A stretch of 64,000 nucleotides of DNA from Podospora anserina (GCA_017654855.1 CM030332.1:7502001-7566000), one strand, 5' to 3'; positions 1 through 14,960 are shown, counted from the first letter of the stretch. The notes: a model not told the origin generated them from the sequence alone. Numbers and translations: made by a program.

Positions 1-1230
1 GGTCTTAAAGTACTACCGTACTTACTTTTAAAGAAGTATTTTATACAGTAAAAAGAAGGATTTAACGGTAATAAAGGTTTAGAAAGGAAATTATTATTAT
101 AGAGATTATAAGACCGTAGGCGTTATAGGGAAGAAAATAATAAGGTTATAGATAGTTTATATAAAAAGGTTTTTAAATTATAAATCTAATTAAAGGGTAT
201 ATAATAAAAAATAAAGGAGGAAGGGCTTAAAGGATTTAATAGACGCGGAAGGATTTAACTTATTAAATACCTTTTTATTTTTTTTTAAATTTCTATTAAT
301 TCCCCGGTTTACTTCCCTCCCTAGTTCTTCATTAGTTTTAATTATTATTATTAAAGGAAATAAATACGTTATAGGTCTTCCTTTTAATTATAAAGGGTTT
401 AAATTAAATAACATATCGAATAACTTTTAACGATTAAGTAAAGTAATAACCTCCTTTAGGTTCCGTATTCTTATAATAATAAACTCGCTATTCCTCTTTA
501 AGCTTATAATTACCCGTCCCCCTATTTATAATTACTTAAGATCGCTAATAATATACCTTTCGCCTAATTATATACTTAGTTTTATAGGATAGGAGTAGGT
601 TCCTAAAGTTCCTTAAAAACGAAGGGAGGAAGTCGTTAGGTTACTAATTATAATAGTTCGATAGGGATAGAGGTATACTCTAAAATCCGAAAAGTAAGGG
701 TACTTTTCTCTTTAATTAAGGGAGAATAGATAAAGGGATAGTAGGATTATATCGTTTTCCTTTCTTTTTACTAAACAATATTTTCTTTTTTTTTAGTTTA
801 TAAAGGATTTTTTTCTTATATACGTATTTACCTACTGGTTTATAGTGGTTAAATGCGAAGGGAGGTTTGGTTTAGGGTGCGGCTATAGGCCTGAGAGTAT
901 AAGTAAGGAAGCGGGGCTCTCAGAGGACTCAGGGGTTCAGGGGTTATATATATAAGCGGTCTACTTCGGACATTCTATTTTAAATAGATTATCGACTTTT
1001 ATTCTTTTCTTCGTATTTGGTGCCTTGCACGCGTGCAGGCAATTCTGGCCCTCTGATCAGGCCAATCCGGTGCTTATTATGTGGCCTGCGAGCCCATAGT
1101 GTCTTTTCTTTGTCCTACGTGAAGTGCGGCCTGCGAGCGAGTCACTGTCACGTAGGTGTGTTCATTCTGAGACCTATTGAGGGTATATTTGTGGTGTTGT
1201 GGTTGTTTTGTGTGTTTTCTCACCATTTCA
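1..1230 (+). mobile_element. Gypsy family A copy 1, 3' end only (3' accessory region, PPT, 3' LTR); inserted into copy 0
   Basis: 1-867 matches the 3' internal region of complete copy 2 (~27920-28785); PPT GAAGGGAGGTT precedes LTR TGGTTT...CACCATTTCA. Confidence 0.92.
868..1230 (+). repeat. Family A 3' LTR (363 bp)
   Basis: TG...CA termini; same sequence at 7421, 17277, 28786, 34828, 40375, 51883. Confidence 0.95.
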
Positions 1231-4200
1231 GTATAGGAGTAAAAAGATTATAATTTATTTAAATAAGGGCCTTACTTAATAATTTTTTTTTTTTTTTAAT
1301 ATTTATTTATTAAATATTTATTTTTTAAATATTATTTTTTTAAATTTTTACGTTAATTTTATTATTAATATTTAACTTTAATTTTTTTTCCCTTAAATTA
1401 AAGGGGCTAAATAGCTTTTTCGATAATACGTTTATTATAAGGTTTTTACTTTTAAAAATATAAATAATTATAAAATTAAAAAGTTTAATTTATTTTAATT
1501 ATTTTATTATTAAAGTACCAGGAATATTATTAGCCGCCCCCTAGACTTAATAGACTATTATTTAAACGTCCGTTTTTACCGTAAAGTATATCCTAAAAAA
1601 ATACCTTTTAAATTTCTTTAAAGTATATAATAGTCCTCTCAATTCCCTCTTAATAATATTATATTTCTATTTAACTAGGTTTTAAATATTATTTTTAAAT
1701 TAATAAGAATACCGTTTTCTATTAAATTTTATTTATTTAATTACCGTTCCCTACCCCGTTAAACTTATATTAAAAATAATAAAGATTTACTAAAACGGTT
1801 ATTATTAAATATTAAAAAAATTAAATATAATACCTCTATAATTAAAAAAGTAAATTACTTTATTATATTTTATTAAATTTCTATTTATTCCTATCTCGTA
1901 TCTTTCTTTATTAAAAAATATAATAAAACTATAATTAAATTAAAGAGAGATACTTATAACTAATAGTAATTAATAATCCTTAAAAAAGTATAAATATCTT
2001 TAAAATTATAATAAATTCGTTATTCCCTTATCTTTATTATCTTTATTTAATTAAAGAAGCGCCCGTCCGGTATATAAGAATAACTAAAAATAATAGTTTC
2101 TTGTCTATATTAAAGGGATTTTACGGCTATAATTATAATTCCTATAAACTTATAATTAAATAAAATTATATTAATATTCTTTAAATACTTTAGAATTTAC
2201 TTTCTAACTCCTAACCTTTCTTCTTTACTATTATAGTCCTACCTTAACCCTTTTATTACAATATCGTCTAAATATAACCGATATACCTATAGGATAAAAT
2301 CTTAAAAAACTTTAATTACGGTTTTTTAAAATTAAATTATTAAATTAATAGCTCCTTAAAGTAAAGTATATATTTTAAATAGGCCGATAAGTATCGCGAA
2401 AGTAGTAAAGTCTTAACTTATTAAAACTAATTTAATTTAATTATATTCGGAAAAGAAATTAAGTAAAAAAGTAATAAAGTATTTTATAAAATTCTCGCTA
2501 AACTCCTTAATACTTAATAGGATAAAGGTATTTCGTTATATAACTTTATTATATTTTTAAATATCGTTAATTAAACGGAAGTTACTATCCTTTTTTTTTA
2601 TTAGGAACTAATTATTATAGTAAGGACTATACGCTTCTTTAATAATATTTTTTTTAATTCGTTCTTTAAGGAAATTAATAACTTTTTTTATAAATAATTT
2701 CGGAATTAAAATAAATTTACTTTATTATACTTTATAAAAAATAATTTTAATATATTAAATAAAAAAAACTTTTTTAAAGATCTATTTATATTTAATAAAG
2801 TCCTATACTAATATAGCCTCCCTTACGAATAAAATTATTATAAATACTTTAACCTCCTAATTTATTAAAATATTAATAATTTATTTAATTAAATTAGTTA
2901 AGCGTTTTAAAGTAAAGTATAACTTTTTAATTATTTTAAAAAACTTAAAGATTATAATATTATTAAATTCTAAATTATATTATAGGGATTCTTTAATTAT
3001 TACTTATCTCCTTACTTTTTAATTCGGATTTCCTTTAAAAATATTACTATTTAACTTAATATTATTAACCGGCTTTACTTTCTTATTTACCCTCTTATAT
3101 ATTATAATAATAATAATAATATTTATAGGCGTTAATTAAGTTTATTTAAAAATAATAATTAAATTAATCTTTATATTATTTTTTTTTTTAAAAGAGGGCG
3201 GAAGTAAATACTATTTATATAGTTATATAGTAAAAAAATTATATTAATTTAATTAAATAAAGGACTAATTAAATATTTTTAAATATAAAAATACTATATT
3301 AGGCTTAAATAAAATTATTTTATTAATTTTTTAATTAAACGGTAATAATATTTTTAATAATAATAGCGATAATATTAAATATAAATTTATTATAAAAGTT
3401 AGTAATAGCGGTCGTTCTTTCTTTAAAATTTTATCCGAAGTTAGAGTTTTTATTATAATTTTTATTTTTTTAAATTAAAATAAAAATTTTTTTTTTAGTA
3501 GTCCTTTATACTTCCCTTCTTTTTTTTTTTTTAATTATTAATATTTTTTCCTCCCTTATTCCTAATATCCCCCTTTTCTTTATTTTTATAAAAAATAATA
3601 TTAAACGTTAAATAATAATTTAATAATAATAAACTTAATTCCCTTAAAATAAAATTAAATAAAAAACGTTTAACTCCTTTATTTAATTCTTTAATTACTT
3701 TATTCTTTTCTTTTAACTTTTCCGTTATTTATTTAAGGATAAGTATTCCTTTATTAATTAATCCCTTAAATACCTATAAAAGTTAATTAATAGGAAAGGT
3801 ATTACTTCGATCTTTACCGTTATATTCCGCTTTTATTTTATTAATTACCTCCTTTTTTATTATATAATATATTTATATTAATTATATAATCCTTTATAAA
3901 ATTAAAAATAAAATTTATATTTATAAAGAACGGAATATTTAATAATAAATTATAAAAACCTAAAGCCTTAATATTATTAATAATAAAAAAATAATATAAA
4001 ATTAAAATCCTAATTAATATTATTAAAGTTTAAATTTTATTTATAAACGTAATTAGATTTTTATAAAGGCCTTTAAACTATAGGTTCGTCAATACTATCG
4101 GTAAATAAAATCTTTTAATTATAGCCCTATTAATTAGGTTATATTTCGAATTTATATTTAATATTATTAATATTTTTTTTAAAATTAATAAAACGAAATT

Positions 4201-7200
4201 ATAATATAGCGATAGAACGTTATAAGTTTAAATAATAGTTTTTAAAAGAGTTCGTTTATTACCGAAAAGCCGGCTAATAAACGTAGATAGTAAAGTCCGT
4301 AATTACTTTTCTAAACTATTACCCGGTTAAACCTTACTTTTAATAATTTTCTTTTAGATACTTCCCTCGACTATACTATATTTATTATTTATTATAATTC
4401 TATATAAAGTAAAGATAATTTTTTTTTAATTAAATAAAAAAGTTTTATTATATTTAACTATCTAAAAATTCGTTTAAACCGTTAATAATAAAGTTTTCCC
4501 CTTTTATAAAACTTTTTTTTTTTTATTTAAAGTACTTTTAAAAGATTTATATTACTCGATTACTTTAGTATCTTTAATTATACTTTTTACATAATCTATT
4601 AACCGGTAAATAAATATAAGTAAAACCCTATAATATTTTTTTAATATAAATTTAATTTAATTATAAATATATTTTTTAATTCTTTTAATAATATAATCCT
4701 TAAAATCCTTTACTTTATTATTAAATAACCTTAAATTACTCCGGACTCTATCCCTTTAATCGAACGAAACTCCTTCTTTAATTACTTTTAATTTCTTTTA
4801 CGTAAAGATAAATATTACTTTCGGATTTTCGGCTAAAACTAAATTATTTATATTTTTTTTCGATAAATCTTTAATTTTTACTTTTTTTATTCCTTACGCG
4901 CTTACCTTTATTTTTACTTTTTAATTATAAACGATTATTAAAGTATTATTAAAGTACTTTAAAATACTTTTAAGTAATTACTTTTTTATTAAATAGCGTT
5001 ATAAAGTATTTTTAATAATATAATTACTAATTAAATTCTCGTTAAACGGTATATAAAGTTTAAAGTATTTATAAAGTTTATTTAATTTAATATTTATAAC
5101 TTTAATTATTTAAATAATTATCTATTCCCTCCCTTTAATTAAAGAAATTTCGGGCCTATATCCTTTACCTTTATAAACTTTTTAATATTTAATTTATTTC
5201 GTATAAGCTTTATAAATTTTATTTAATTTTAATTTTAATAAAATTATAATATAAACTAAATTACTAACTTTCCCTTTACGTTATACTTTCTTTATATTCT
5301 TTTAATTAAACTATATTTTTTTACTTTCCGGCCATTCCTTTTTACTAATATATATTTTATTTCCTTTAATATAGTATAGTCCTTACACTTTATTATATTT
5401 TTTCTTTAAATATTTTATTAATTTAATATAATAATTAGTTTTACCGTATTAAAAGTACCTTCTTAATAAAGGAGGATTATCGCGGTACTACCCCTTTAAT
5501 CTTCCGAACTAAATTTTAATATTAATAATAAAAAAAGTATTAAAAAATAAATTTATTTTTTTATTAAAATTAATATTAAAATCTAAGGAATAAAGTATTT
5601 AGTTTTTTAAATATTAAACGTAGGTCTTTATTATTTTAAATTTATTATTTTCTAATATAAAAAAACTACCGTAAATATTTATCCTTAAATATTATAATAT
5701 TATTTCTTTATTTATTATAGCGTTAACCGTTATATATTAATTAAGTATTTCGGCCGTTTAATTAAAGGTAATAGGGGAAAGTATAATAATTAATTTATCC
5801 TTTTTATAGATTTTTCTTTTTACGTTATATTTATTTTTAATTATATTATTAATTTAATTACTTTAAATAATAAAATTTATAAATTTTAAATGACGTTTAA
5901 ATCTTTTTTAATTAATAAAAGTTATTTTTATTAATTTAAAAAATTTTATTTAAAAGTAGTTAGTAACTTTAGCTTTTATTACCTCTTTCTCCCCGGTCGG
6001 TATTCGAAAAAGTAATTTAAAGTAATTAAAAATAACTTTCTTTAACTCGCCTATACCTTTAGAAATAATTTTAATATAAAAGTTATTTAACTCCCTATAA
6101 ATATTTTTATTTTATCGGGGGTTATAGATTTTAAAGAGGCGTTTAAGGCGGATAATTAAAATAGGTTAAATATCGGTAAGTATAAGTAAATCTATATATT
6201 TATTAATTTATTTTCCTATATTAAAATTATATTAGGATTTAAATTTATAAATATAAAAAATAAATTCTATAATATAGTATTTTTTATAAATATTTTCGAA
6301 ATACTTTAAATATTTTATAAAGTATTTTCCTTTAAAATTACTTTTAAAATTAATTTTTTTCGAATTAAAAAATTTATATTAAAAAGAATATATAGGTATT
6401 ATAGAATAAAGGGTTAGATAATTAAACGTAGGGGACCTTTAAAAGTAATAATAATTAAAGTAAACTCCTATAGAATATAAATATCCGGGTTATTAAAATT
6501 AATATACGAATTTAAAAAAAGGAGCGGGATATCCGGTATACCGAGTAAGAAATATAATATAATTTTAAATAATAGGATTTAAGTAAATACGAGGTTCACT
6601 TAATATATTAGGAACGTTAAGCTTTATAATCGGGCTACTTTAATTAAAAAAGGGGCGAAAGGTCTTAATATTTTTAGGGTAAATACAATTTATAATTAAA
6701 GAAAAAATAAATAATAATAATTTCGGGGACTTAATTATTAAAATAATTACTTTTATTATAAAATAAATTATAGGAGCTTAATACCCTTAGTTATCGCTAA
6801 AAAGGTTAACCGAAATAATAAATAAAATATTATTAAATATATTAATATTCGATAATTATTATTATATTTATATTAATAATATAGTTTTTTTTTTATATAT
6901 ATTATTAAAAATATAAAAATAATTATTTTTTATAATTTTAATATATAAATATAAATTATATTTATTTAAATTAAAAGGAAAATATTGTTATTTCTTTACT
7001 TTTAAATTCCTAATATTTTAAATTAAATTAATTTAAAAATCTTTATAATTATTTATTATTATTAAATAATATATTAAAAAAATTCTTTTTAATTAAAAAT
7101 AAGAAAGGACTTTAATAATTAATATAGAAATAAAGTTTATTAACGAACTAATTTTAATTAATATTTTTAATTTACTTTCCGGTTTTATCCGGACTATATA

Positions 7201-7783
7201 TTTAATTCTTTATTCGCGGGTAAAAAGTTTAGAGTTTAATCGATAATAAAAGAGTTTTATTCGATTAAACGGAAAAAAATTATTTCCGTTAAACTTCGCG
7301 GGGTTTAATAAAGTTATCGGTACTTATTATCGTTCGTAATTTCGTACTTCCTTTAGTACCTAGGGCTTATAAGTTTAATTTAAACCCTAAACTTTATTTA
7401 ACCCGGGTACAACCTTTATTTAAAATAATAAAAAAATATATAAAATAATTATAATATTATAAATATACCTTTAATAAGTTTTAAAATAAATATATTTACG
7501 TAATAGTAACTCGCTCGTAGGCCGCACTTTACGTAAAACAAAGAAAAGATATTATAGGCTCGTAGGCTATATAATAAGCACCGGATTAGCCTGATTAGAG
7601 GGCTAGAATTACCTGCACGCGTATAAAGCACAAAATACGAAGAAAAGAATAAAAGTCGATGTCCTATCTAAAATAGAATGTCCGAAGCAGACCGCTTATA
7701 TATATAACCCCTGAACCCCTGAGTCCTCTGAGAGCCCCGCTTCCTTACTTATACTTTTAGGCCTGTAGCCGCACCCCAAACTA
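1231..7783 (-). mobile_element. Gypsy family A copy 0, 5' part (5' LTR, gag, protease, RT, RNase H), heavily RIPed
   Basis: Colinear with 45661-52244 of copy 3; cut at 1231 by copy 1. Confidence 0.92.
7421..7783 (-). repeat. Family A 5' LTR of copy 0
   Basis: Reverse complement of LTR-A; PBS remnant CCCGGGTACAACCTTTA immediately to its left. Confidence 0.93.
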
Positions 7784-8500
7784 ATATAGCTTCCTTACTA
7801 TATAATTATATAAATATTATTTATTTCCGCCCCTTTTTTAAAAAAAAATTAATATAAAGATTAATTTAATTATTACTTTTAAATAAACTTAATTAACGTT
7901 TATAAATATTATTATTATTATTACAATATATAAAAGGGTAAATAAGAAAGTAAAGCCAGTTAATAATATTAGGTTAAATAATAGTACTCCTAAAGGAAAC
8001 CCGAACTAAAAAGTAATAAGATAGGCGGTAGTTAAGGAATCCCTATAATATAATTTAGAATTTAATGATATTATAGTCCTTAAGTTTTCCGAAATAATTA
8101 AAGGATTACGCTTTACTTTAAAACGATTAACTAATTTAATTAAGTAAATTACCAATATTTTAATAAATTAAAAAATTAAAATATTTATAGTAATCTTATT
8201 TATAAAAGAAGCTACTTTAGTATAGGACTTTACTAAATATAAATAGATCCTTAAAAAAGTTTTCTCTATTTAATATATTAAGACTATCCTTTATAAAGTA
8301 TAGTAAAGTAAGTTTATTCCAATCCCGAAGCTACTTATAAGGAAAGTTATTAATTTTTTTAAAGAACGAATTAAAAGAAATATTATTAAAAAAGCGTATA
8401 GTCCTTACCGTAATAATTAATTCCTAATAAAAAAAAATAATAATTTCTATGTAATTAACGATACTTAGAAATAAAATAAAATTACATAACGAAATACTTT
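7784..8500 (+). mobile_element. Family A host-copy fragment (start of RT region)
   Basis: Matches copy 2 ~21844-22562; bounded by copy 0 and Copia B. Confidence 0.88.
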
Positions 8501-8728
8501 TGTTAATGTGTGGGTACTACTAAGTGCCTTACTTACTGCCCTACAGATTAATATTACAGTGGGCAGTACTGCTATAAGTAGTAATAGAACTTCCCGGCTT
8601 GGATCCCTTTAGAATGTTCTTTACAAGGGACCCTTAAAGGCTTACAGGGCTACTGTGGCCTGAGGCTTAGTCAATGGATACTAGAACCTTCTAAAGTAGC
8701 TATAAGCTTATATAGTAAGTTGCTATAA

Positions 8729-9151
8729 TGTCACAAACCAACCATATAGCAAGGCCAGGTGGAGACTGCAGCCGGCCATGCCTGCCAATTAGAGGAAGAA
8801 GACACGGCGGCAGGGCTGCAGGGTAGGACAAGGCTCACTGCTTAGTAAAGGTGAGCCGGATCACCACGCTCACCAGGTGAGCGCGGTGAGTTCTAAGGGA
8901 TCACTACGGGTCGCTGGTGAGCGAGAGTGATCTAGGTACGAAGGTACTTAGGGATTTATAGTTTATATATACGGAGAAACTAAATAGCTTATAAATAGTT
9001 CCGTAATATATAATTATAGCTTATATTTATAGTATTTTATATTTATATTAAAATATCTTATTATATATTGTTTAGTTGTACCGAACTAATTGTTAGAAGA
9101 AACCTTTAACCGAGTATCCCTTTCAGAGGTTCTATACAGGGGTTCGTTATA
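8729..9151 (+). repeat. Gypsy D 5' LTR
   Basis: Direct repeat of 15710-16132. Confidence 0.95.
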
Positions 9152-9210
9152 CGTTATATACTTACTTTAACTCTATTATCGGATAAATTAAAGGTATTAA
9201 GTTAAACGCT

Positions 9211-11290
9211 ATAGCCGAAAATACCTAACTTACTATTAACCAACTCCTTACTCGTATCTAGGAGCTCAAAAATAAGTTACGCCTTTCCTATAATACCCTT
9301 ACGTAAGAAAACGCTATACTCCACTAGGAGATCGGCACCATGCGTAAAGAAGGAAAGCGTACTAAACTCGAAGCTCCCGACCGCTACGGAGGAGCTAAAG
9401 GAAAGTTAAGAGGATTTTTGATTTAGCTTAAGGTATACTTTCGGTATTACTTTTCTCGTTTCCCGGACGAAGAGTTTAAAATAATATACGCTACGTCCAG
9501 GCTTAAGGATAAAGTACTTACCTAATTCGAGCCTATTTTAGGAAATTATTTCGATAATAAGTACGATAAAAGGAAAGATATTATTAAAAAGTATTTTAAA
9601 TTATATAAAGGTTTTAAGGAGAAGATTAAAGAGGTATTTAGAGAGTACGATAAAGGTAGGCGTACCTAAAAACGACTAGCTAACCTTAAATAGACTAGGT
9701 CTATTACCGACTACGCTATAGTATTTAGAACGGATATACTTTATAGCGAAATTAATAACGAAAGATTAATATAATTATTTTATAATAGGTTTAAAGAAAA
9801 AATTAAGGACGAGCTATACCGATAGGAGCAACCAGAAACTATCGATAAGTATATCGTAATAGCGGTCCGTATCGACGACCGGCAGTACTAACGCCGTAAG
9901 GAGCGTAAGGGCATACACGTATAAGGACCTTACTACCCTAACGATAAAAAAAAAAGAAGACTTTATAGAACTTACGTCTTAAGAACTACTTACGCGGGAC
10001 TTATAAAGGTAAACGCGGTCCAGAAACGGTTTAAAGGGAAGAACGACGTTAAATACTTTAATTACAGGAAGATAGGCTATTTTAAAAGAAACTATCGGGT
10101 ACCTAAGTAACTTAATTAGAAAGAAAAAAAGATAGCGGTAGTCGTTAAAGTAATACGGATTATCGAGATCTCTAGCGCTAAATACGTTTATAAGGATTTT
10201 CGGGACTCGGCGGACGACTATACTAATAGCGATTATAAATACGAATCTCGGGAAGGAAAATTAATAATCGACTCCGAGGGGGAAAACCGTATTATAGAAT
10301 AAAAATTACCGGTTTAAGGAGCTATAAGGCTGGAGGAAAGTACGGTTCTAGGACCCTCTAAAGAAACTTTATAACGATTAAGACGGGTCTTCGCCGTAAG
10401 TATAACTATTATTCTAGACCCGGCCGTATAATAGGTAAAGGAGCGAGTTTAAAGGTTCGAGGAAGAGTTTAATTTGTTCCGGGATAAATATCGGTAGGTA
10501 AACGTATAATTCCGGGAATTATAAAAGTAAGTAGCGTAAATAGCTATTATAGTAATTAAATAATTTAATCCGATATTACGCTATAAAATTATATAGTAGA
10601 TTATCCTAAAGACTAAGTTTAAGTAGTACCGCGGTAAACTAATATAATTAACGTACGAAGTAAGTAAACTTAGGTTTAAAGAACCTAAGTAAGAAGAATT
10701 TTAGAAAAATAAAAAAGTTATTAGTATAGGACTTTCTTAAATATTTAAATAAATACCTTATTACGAATAGTATAAACTATATATTAAAAATATAGTGTAA
10801 TTATACCCCAGACTCCTAAAGTATAGGAGGATGCTTTAATTTTAGTATATTATATATAGTTATATAAAGTATTATTAAGGAAAAGCTCTCTAGGGATATT
10901 GGTTAGTAAAATAGGAGGGAAAGTACGGATTTCCTAAACCTATTACGAGGATTATAGTTAGGTAAAGTTAATTATAAAAAGAATTAAACGATTATTTTTT
11001 ATGGAGGTAGGGAGACCTAATTAAATTGGAAGAGGGACTTTAGGTTATATAGTTTACGCTTAGGTACGTGAGATGCTACTTCGAGTGGGTAATAAGCTAG
11101 GGAGAAGAGTCGGTTAAAGAGAAGGAATATAGTTTAGTGTAGTATAAGAGCCCGGATTACGCTTTTTACTTACGAGTAAAGGTGTAGAAGTATTACGAGG
11201 CTAGTGTTAAGGGATATAAGGTACGTAATAAGAAAAGGGTTTAGAATAGTTTTAGGAACGAAAAGTAGGAAGAAGCTTAACGATAATAAT
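9211..11290 (+). pseudogene. gag: Gypsy D gag (RIPed); ends approximate
   Basis: KLEAPDRYGG motif; de-RIPed CCHC knuckle CFNCGKMGHFKRDC at ~10055-10096. Confidence 0.75.
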
Positions 11291-11399
11291 TAATTAATTT
11301 CGAGCTACTAGATAGTTTAATAAAGGAGGACGCTTTAGAGGTATAATAATAGTCGGGAAAAGGGCTACGGCCTTTCGCGAAAGCCGTAAACCTTTAAAG

Positions 11400-14300
11400 G
11401 ACTACGAACTACGTATTAGCGAGGTCGCTATTACGTAAAGGAGGGGTATAAAAAATAAAAGGTTACGAGTAGCGGCGCGTTAAAAGGGGTTTTAAACGTA
11501 AGTATTTGTGGATAGCGGAGTAAAAGCGGATTTAATTTTATTAAGATTTATATAATAAGCCCGAGTTCCGTAAAAAAAGAAAGAGGAAGAGGTTATTATA
11601 AAAAGATTTTTCCTTACTTAATTAGTAAGTAAAGAGACGTTACTATTAAATATTATAGTATTAAGAAAGATAACGAAAGTAATTTTCGATATCGTGGATA
11701 TAAGGCTAGAGAAAGATATAATTTTAAGGTAATTATAGTATAAGGATTATAATTTAAATATCGATTGGAAGGATAGTAGTTACTTACGACCGAAAGTATA
11801 CCGGGAGTATTTAATTAACGATAGGAGATTAGGGGTACGGTAGGAGTAAAGTGCGGGATAAATACTTTCTACAGTACTACTATAAGAGATATGAGAAGTA
11901 TTAATGTATTTAATCGATATAGGCGGTAAAATCGAAAAAGTAAGGTTAGTAAAAATAATTACGTTAATGGAAATTATAATAGTAATAAAGGATAAATACG
12001 TTTATTATAATAATTTAAAGAAAAGTAAAAAAAAGGAGGTATTAATGGAGTACCGGGGGTATCTGGTGTTTATAGTAAAATATTTTTAGGGTTTATTAGA
12101 GAGGGGATTATAGGATTATAAAATTAAGTTTAAAGAAGGAGCTAAATTTAAGCTTTTTTAGGTTTATTATATTAACGATAAATAGAGTAAAGAGTTACGA
12201 AAGTATTTAAATAAAAATATTAAAAGAAGATATATTAAAGTATTTATATCGCTAATTAAATATCCTATTTTTTTCGTACTAAAGAAGGATAGGAGTCCGT
12301 AATTATATATAGATTATCGATAATTAAATTAAGAAACGGTAAAAAACAGTTACTTATTATTATTAATTTTATAATTATAAAGTTAATTATTAGGGATATA
12401 ATAGTTTATTAAATTTAATATATTAATTAGATATACGTATATACGAATTAAGGAGGGGGACGAATGGAAAATAATTTTTCGTACGCTTTATAGGTATTTC
12501 GAGTACTTTGTTATACCGTTTAGGTTTATTAATATATTAATAACTTTTTAGGCCCTCGTTAATTATATAATTCGTTAGTATCTCGATAAAATAATAGTTT
12601 ATTACTTTAACGACGTTTTTATTTACTTACGTACTTTAGAGGAGTATAAATAGTACGTTAAAGAGATTTTAGACGCGCTATATAAAGCTGGATTATTAAT
12701 TAATAAAGATAAAAGCGAGTTCTATATATAGGAAACGGTTTACTTAAGGTATTTAATTTTATTAAAAGAAATACGAATGGAGTTAGGGAAGATCGCGGTA
12801 GTTAAGGATTAGCCGAGATTATAAATAAAGACGGCCGAATAATTAAAGATTAAGGTTCGAAAGTTTTTAGGATTTATAAATTTCTATCGGATATTTATAC
12901 GGAATTACGGCGCTATAGTAAAACTATTAAACGACCTAACTAAAAAGGACGCCGAGTTTAAGTAGGGAGAGGAGTAGGAACAGGCTTTTTAGGTTATTAA
13001 AAACGCTATTACGGCGGACCCAGTGCTTAAGCTCCCCGACCTAAACCGACCTTTCGAGGTTAAAATAAATACCTCCGACTATACTATCGGAGGGTAGTTA
13101 GGATAACGAAACGAGGATAGGAAGCTATACTTAGTAATATTCTTTTTAAAGAAATTAGAAGGACCACGTAAAAACTACCCTATCTATAATAAAAAGCTAC
13201 TTATTATTATTAAGGTTTTCGAGGAATAGAGATTATACTTTAACGGTATTAATTACGAGGTCTAGATTTATATAGACTATAAGAATTTAAGGTATTTTAC
13301 TATTATTAAGGTCTTTAACGTTAAGTAAGGTAAATAATCGGAATTTTTATTAGAATTTAACTTTTAAATTTACTATAAAAAGGGATTTAAGAATATAAGA
13401 GTAAATACTTTAAGTAAAAGGGCGGACTATTATGAAGTAAAAGTAATAAAGGAGTTACTACCTTTACTATAAGAAATAGTAGAAGGTATACTTAAGTACC
13501 CGCTTTAGTAGTGGGCTAAATATTATATAGTGTATCGAGAGGAATCTACTACCTATAAATATTAAAGTAATATCGATAGTAACGATTAAGAACGATAAGC
13601 TAAGTTAGAACTATTAGAGATTTAGAAGGATAATTGTTACCGGCTCTAGTATAATAATAGGGCCTACGTCGATCTAGCACAACGGAGGATATTAATTTAG
13701 GAAATCCACGAGTTAAAATTCGGAGGATATATAGGAGTAGCTAAGACGACAGAAAAGGTTAAGTAATACTTTAATTAGCTAGGATTAAAGAAGGATATAG
13801 AGGAGACGTTACGGGAGTATAATCTCTATAGGAGAATAAGAATAAAGAGGTATAAGCCATATAGATTTTTAGAGCTATTATTAGTAGCGGAATAACCCTA
13901 GAGTTTAATATTAATAAACTTTATTATTAAACTATTAGAATCTAAGGACTTAATTACGGGCGTTAAATATAATAATATTTTAACGGTAATTAATAGGCTT
14001 ACTAAGTAAACGTATTTTTTACCCTATAAAGAGATTTGGACGGCGGAATAATTAATGGATATAGTATTTCGGAACGTTATAGCGATATATATATAGTTAA
14101 GGGAGTTTATTACGGATCGCGATATTAAGTTTATATTAAAGTTTTAAAAAGCTCTAATAAAGTAAGTAAAAGTAAAAAGTAAAGCGTCGTTAATATATTA
14201 CCTATAGACGGACGGCTAGACGGAAAGGCTTAATTAAATTATTAAATAGTACCTTCGGAACTATATTAATTTCGAATAAAATAATTAAATTAAACTTTTA

Positions 14301-14960
14301 CTAATAATATAATTTACGTATAATATAGTATTTACGGAGACGATAAGAGTTATACTATTTTTCGCGAATTACGGATTCGAGGCGGATTTATAGTAAAGAT
14401 TAAAAGTAAGAGTATTTAGGGCGGTAGTAAAAGTAAGGAAATTATATATATTATATACTAAACTTAAAAAAAAATTTAAGTTCGTTCGGGAATATATATA
14501 TAAGTACTATAACGTTAAACGGCTCGAGGGACCTCGCTTAAAGAAGGGGAATAAAGTATTTCTTTTAATATAAAATTTATATATAAAATAATTAAATAAA
14601 AAATTAGACTATAGGAAGGTAAGACCTTTTACGGTTAAAGAAAAGATATCGGAAACGGCTTTTAAATTTAAACTATTAAATACTATACGGTTATAATTAA
14701 ATACTTTCTATATTTTATTTTTAAAACTAGTATTACGGGATACTAATCCCGATATATAAATAAAAGCCGAAAATAAAGAAAAAAAGTACGACGTAAAAAA
14801 AGTATTAAATTCGTATATTAATAAAGGATAATTAAAGTATTTAATTAATTAATTAAACTACCTAACTATAAATAATTTTTAGAAACTAATTACGAACTTT
14901 AATTACCCTAAGAAACTAAAGGAGTTCCACCGAAAGAATCCTAACTGACCCCGGGCGTAA
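11400..14960 (+). pseudogene. pol: Gypsy D pol (PR-RT-RH-IN-chromodomain), RIPed; ends approximate
   Basis: VDSG ~11508; EGDEWK.AFR and YxDD ~12603; ITDRD integrase; GPF ~14620; chromodomain-like YDVE.V.D...YL..W..Y...NSWEP 14785-14900. Confidence 0.88.

Noticed and set aside
1017-1253. Repeated 60-84 aa 'MVPCTRAGNSGPLIRP' ORFs (also 7449, 17429, 40340, 51878)
   Set aside because: All lie within LTR-A copies, with variable starts and ends; they reflect the LTR repeat, not a gene family
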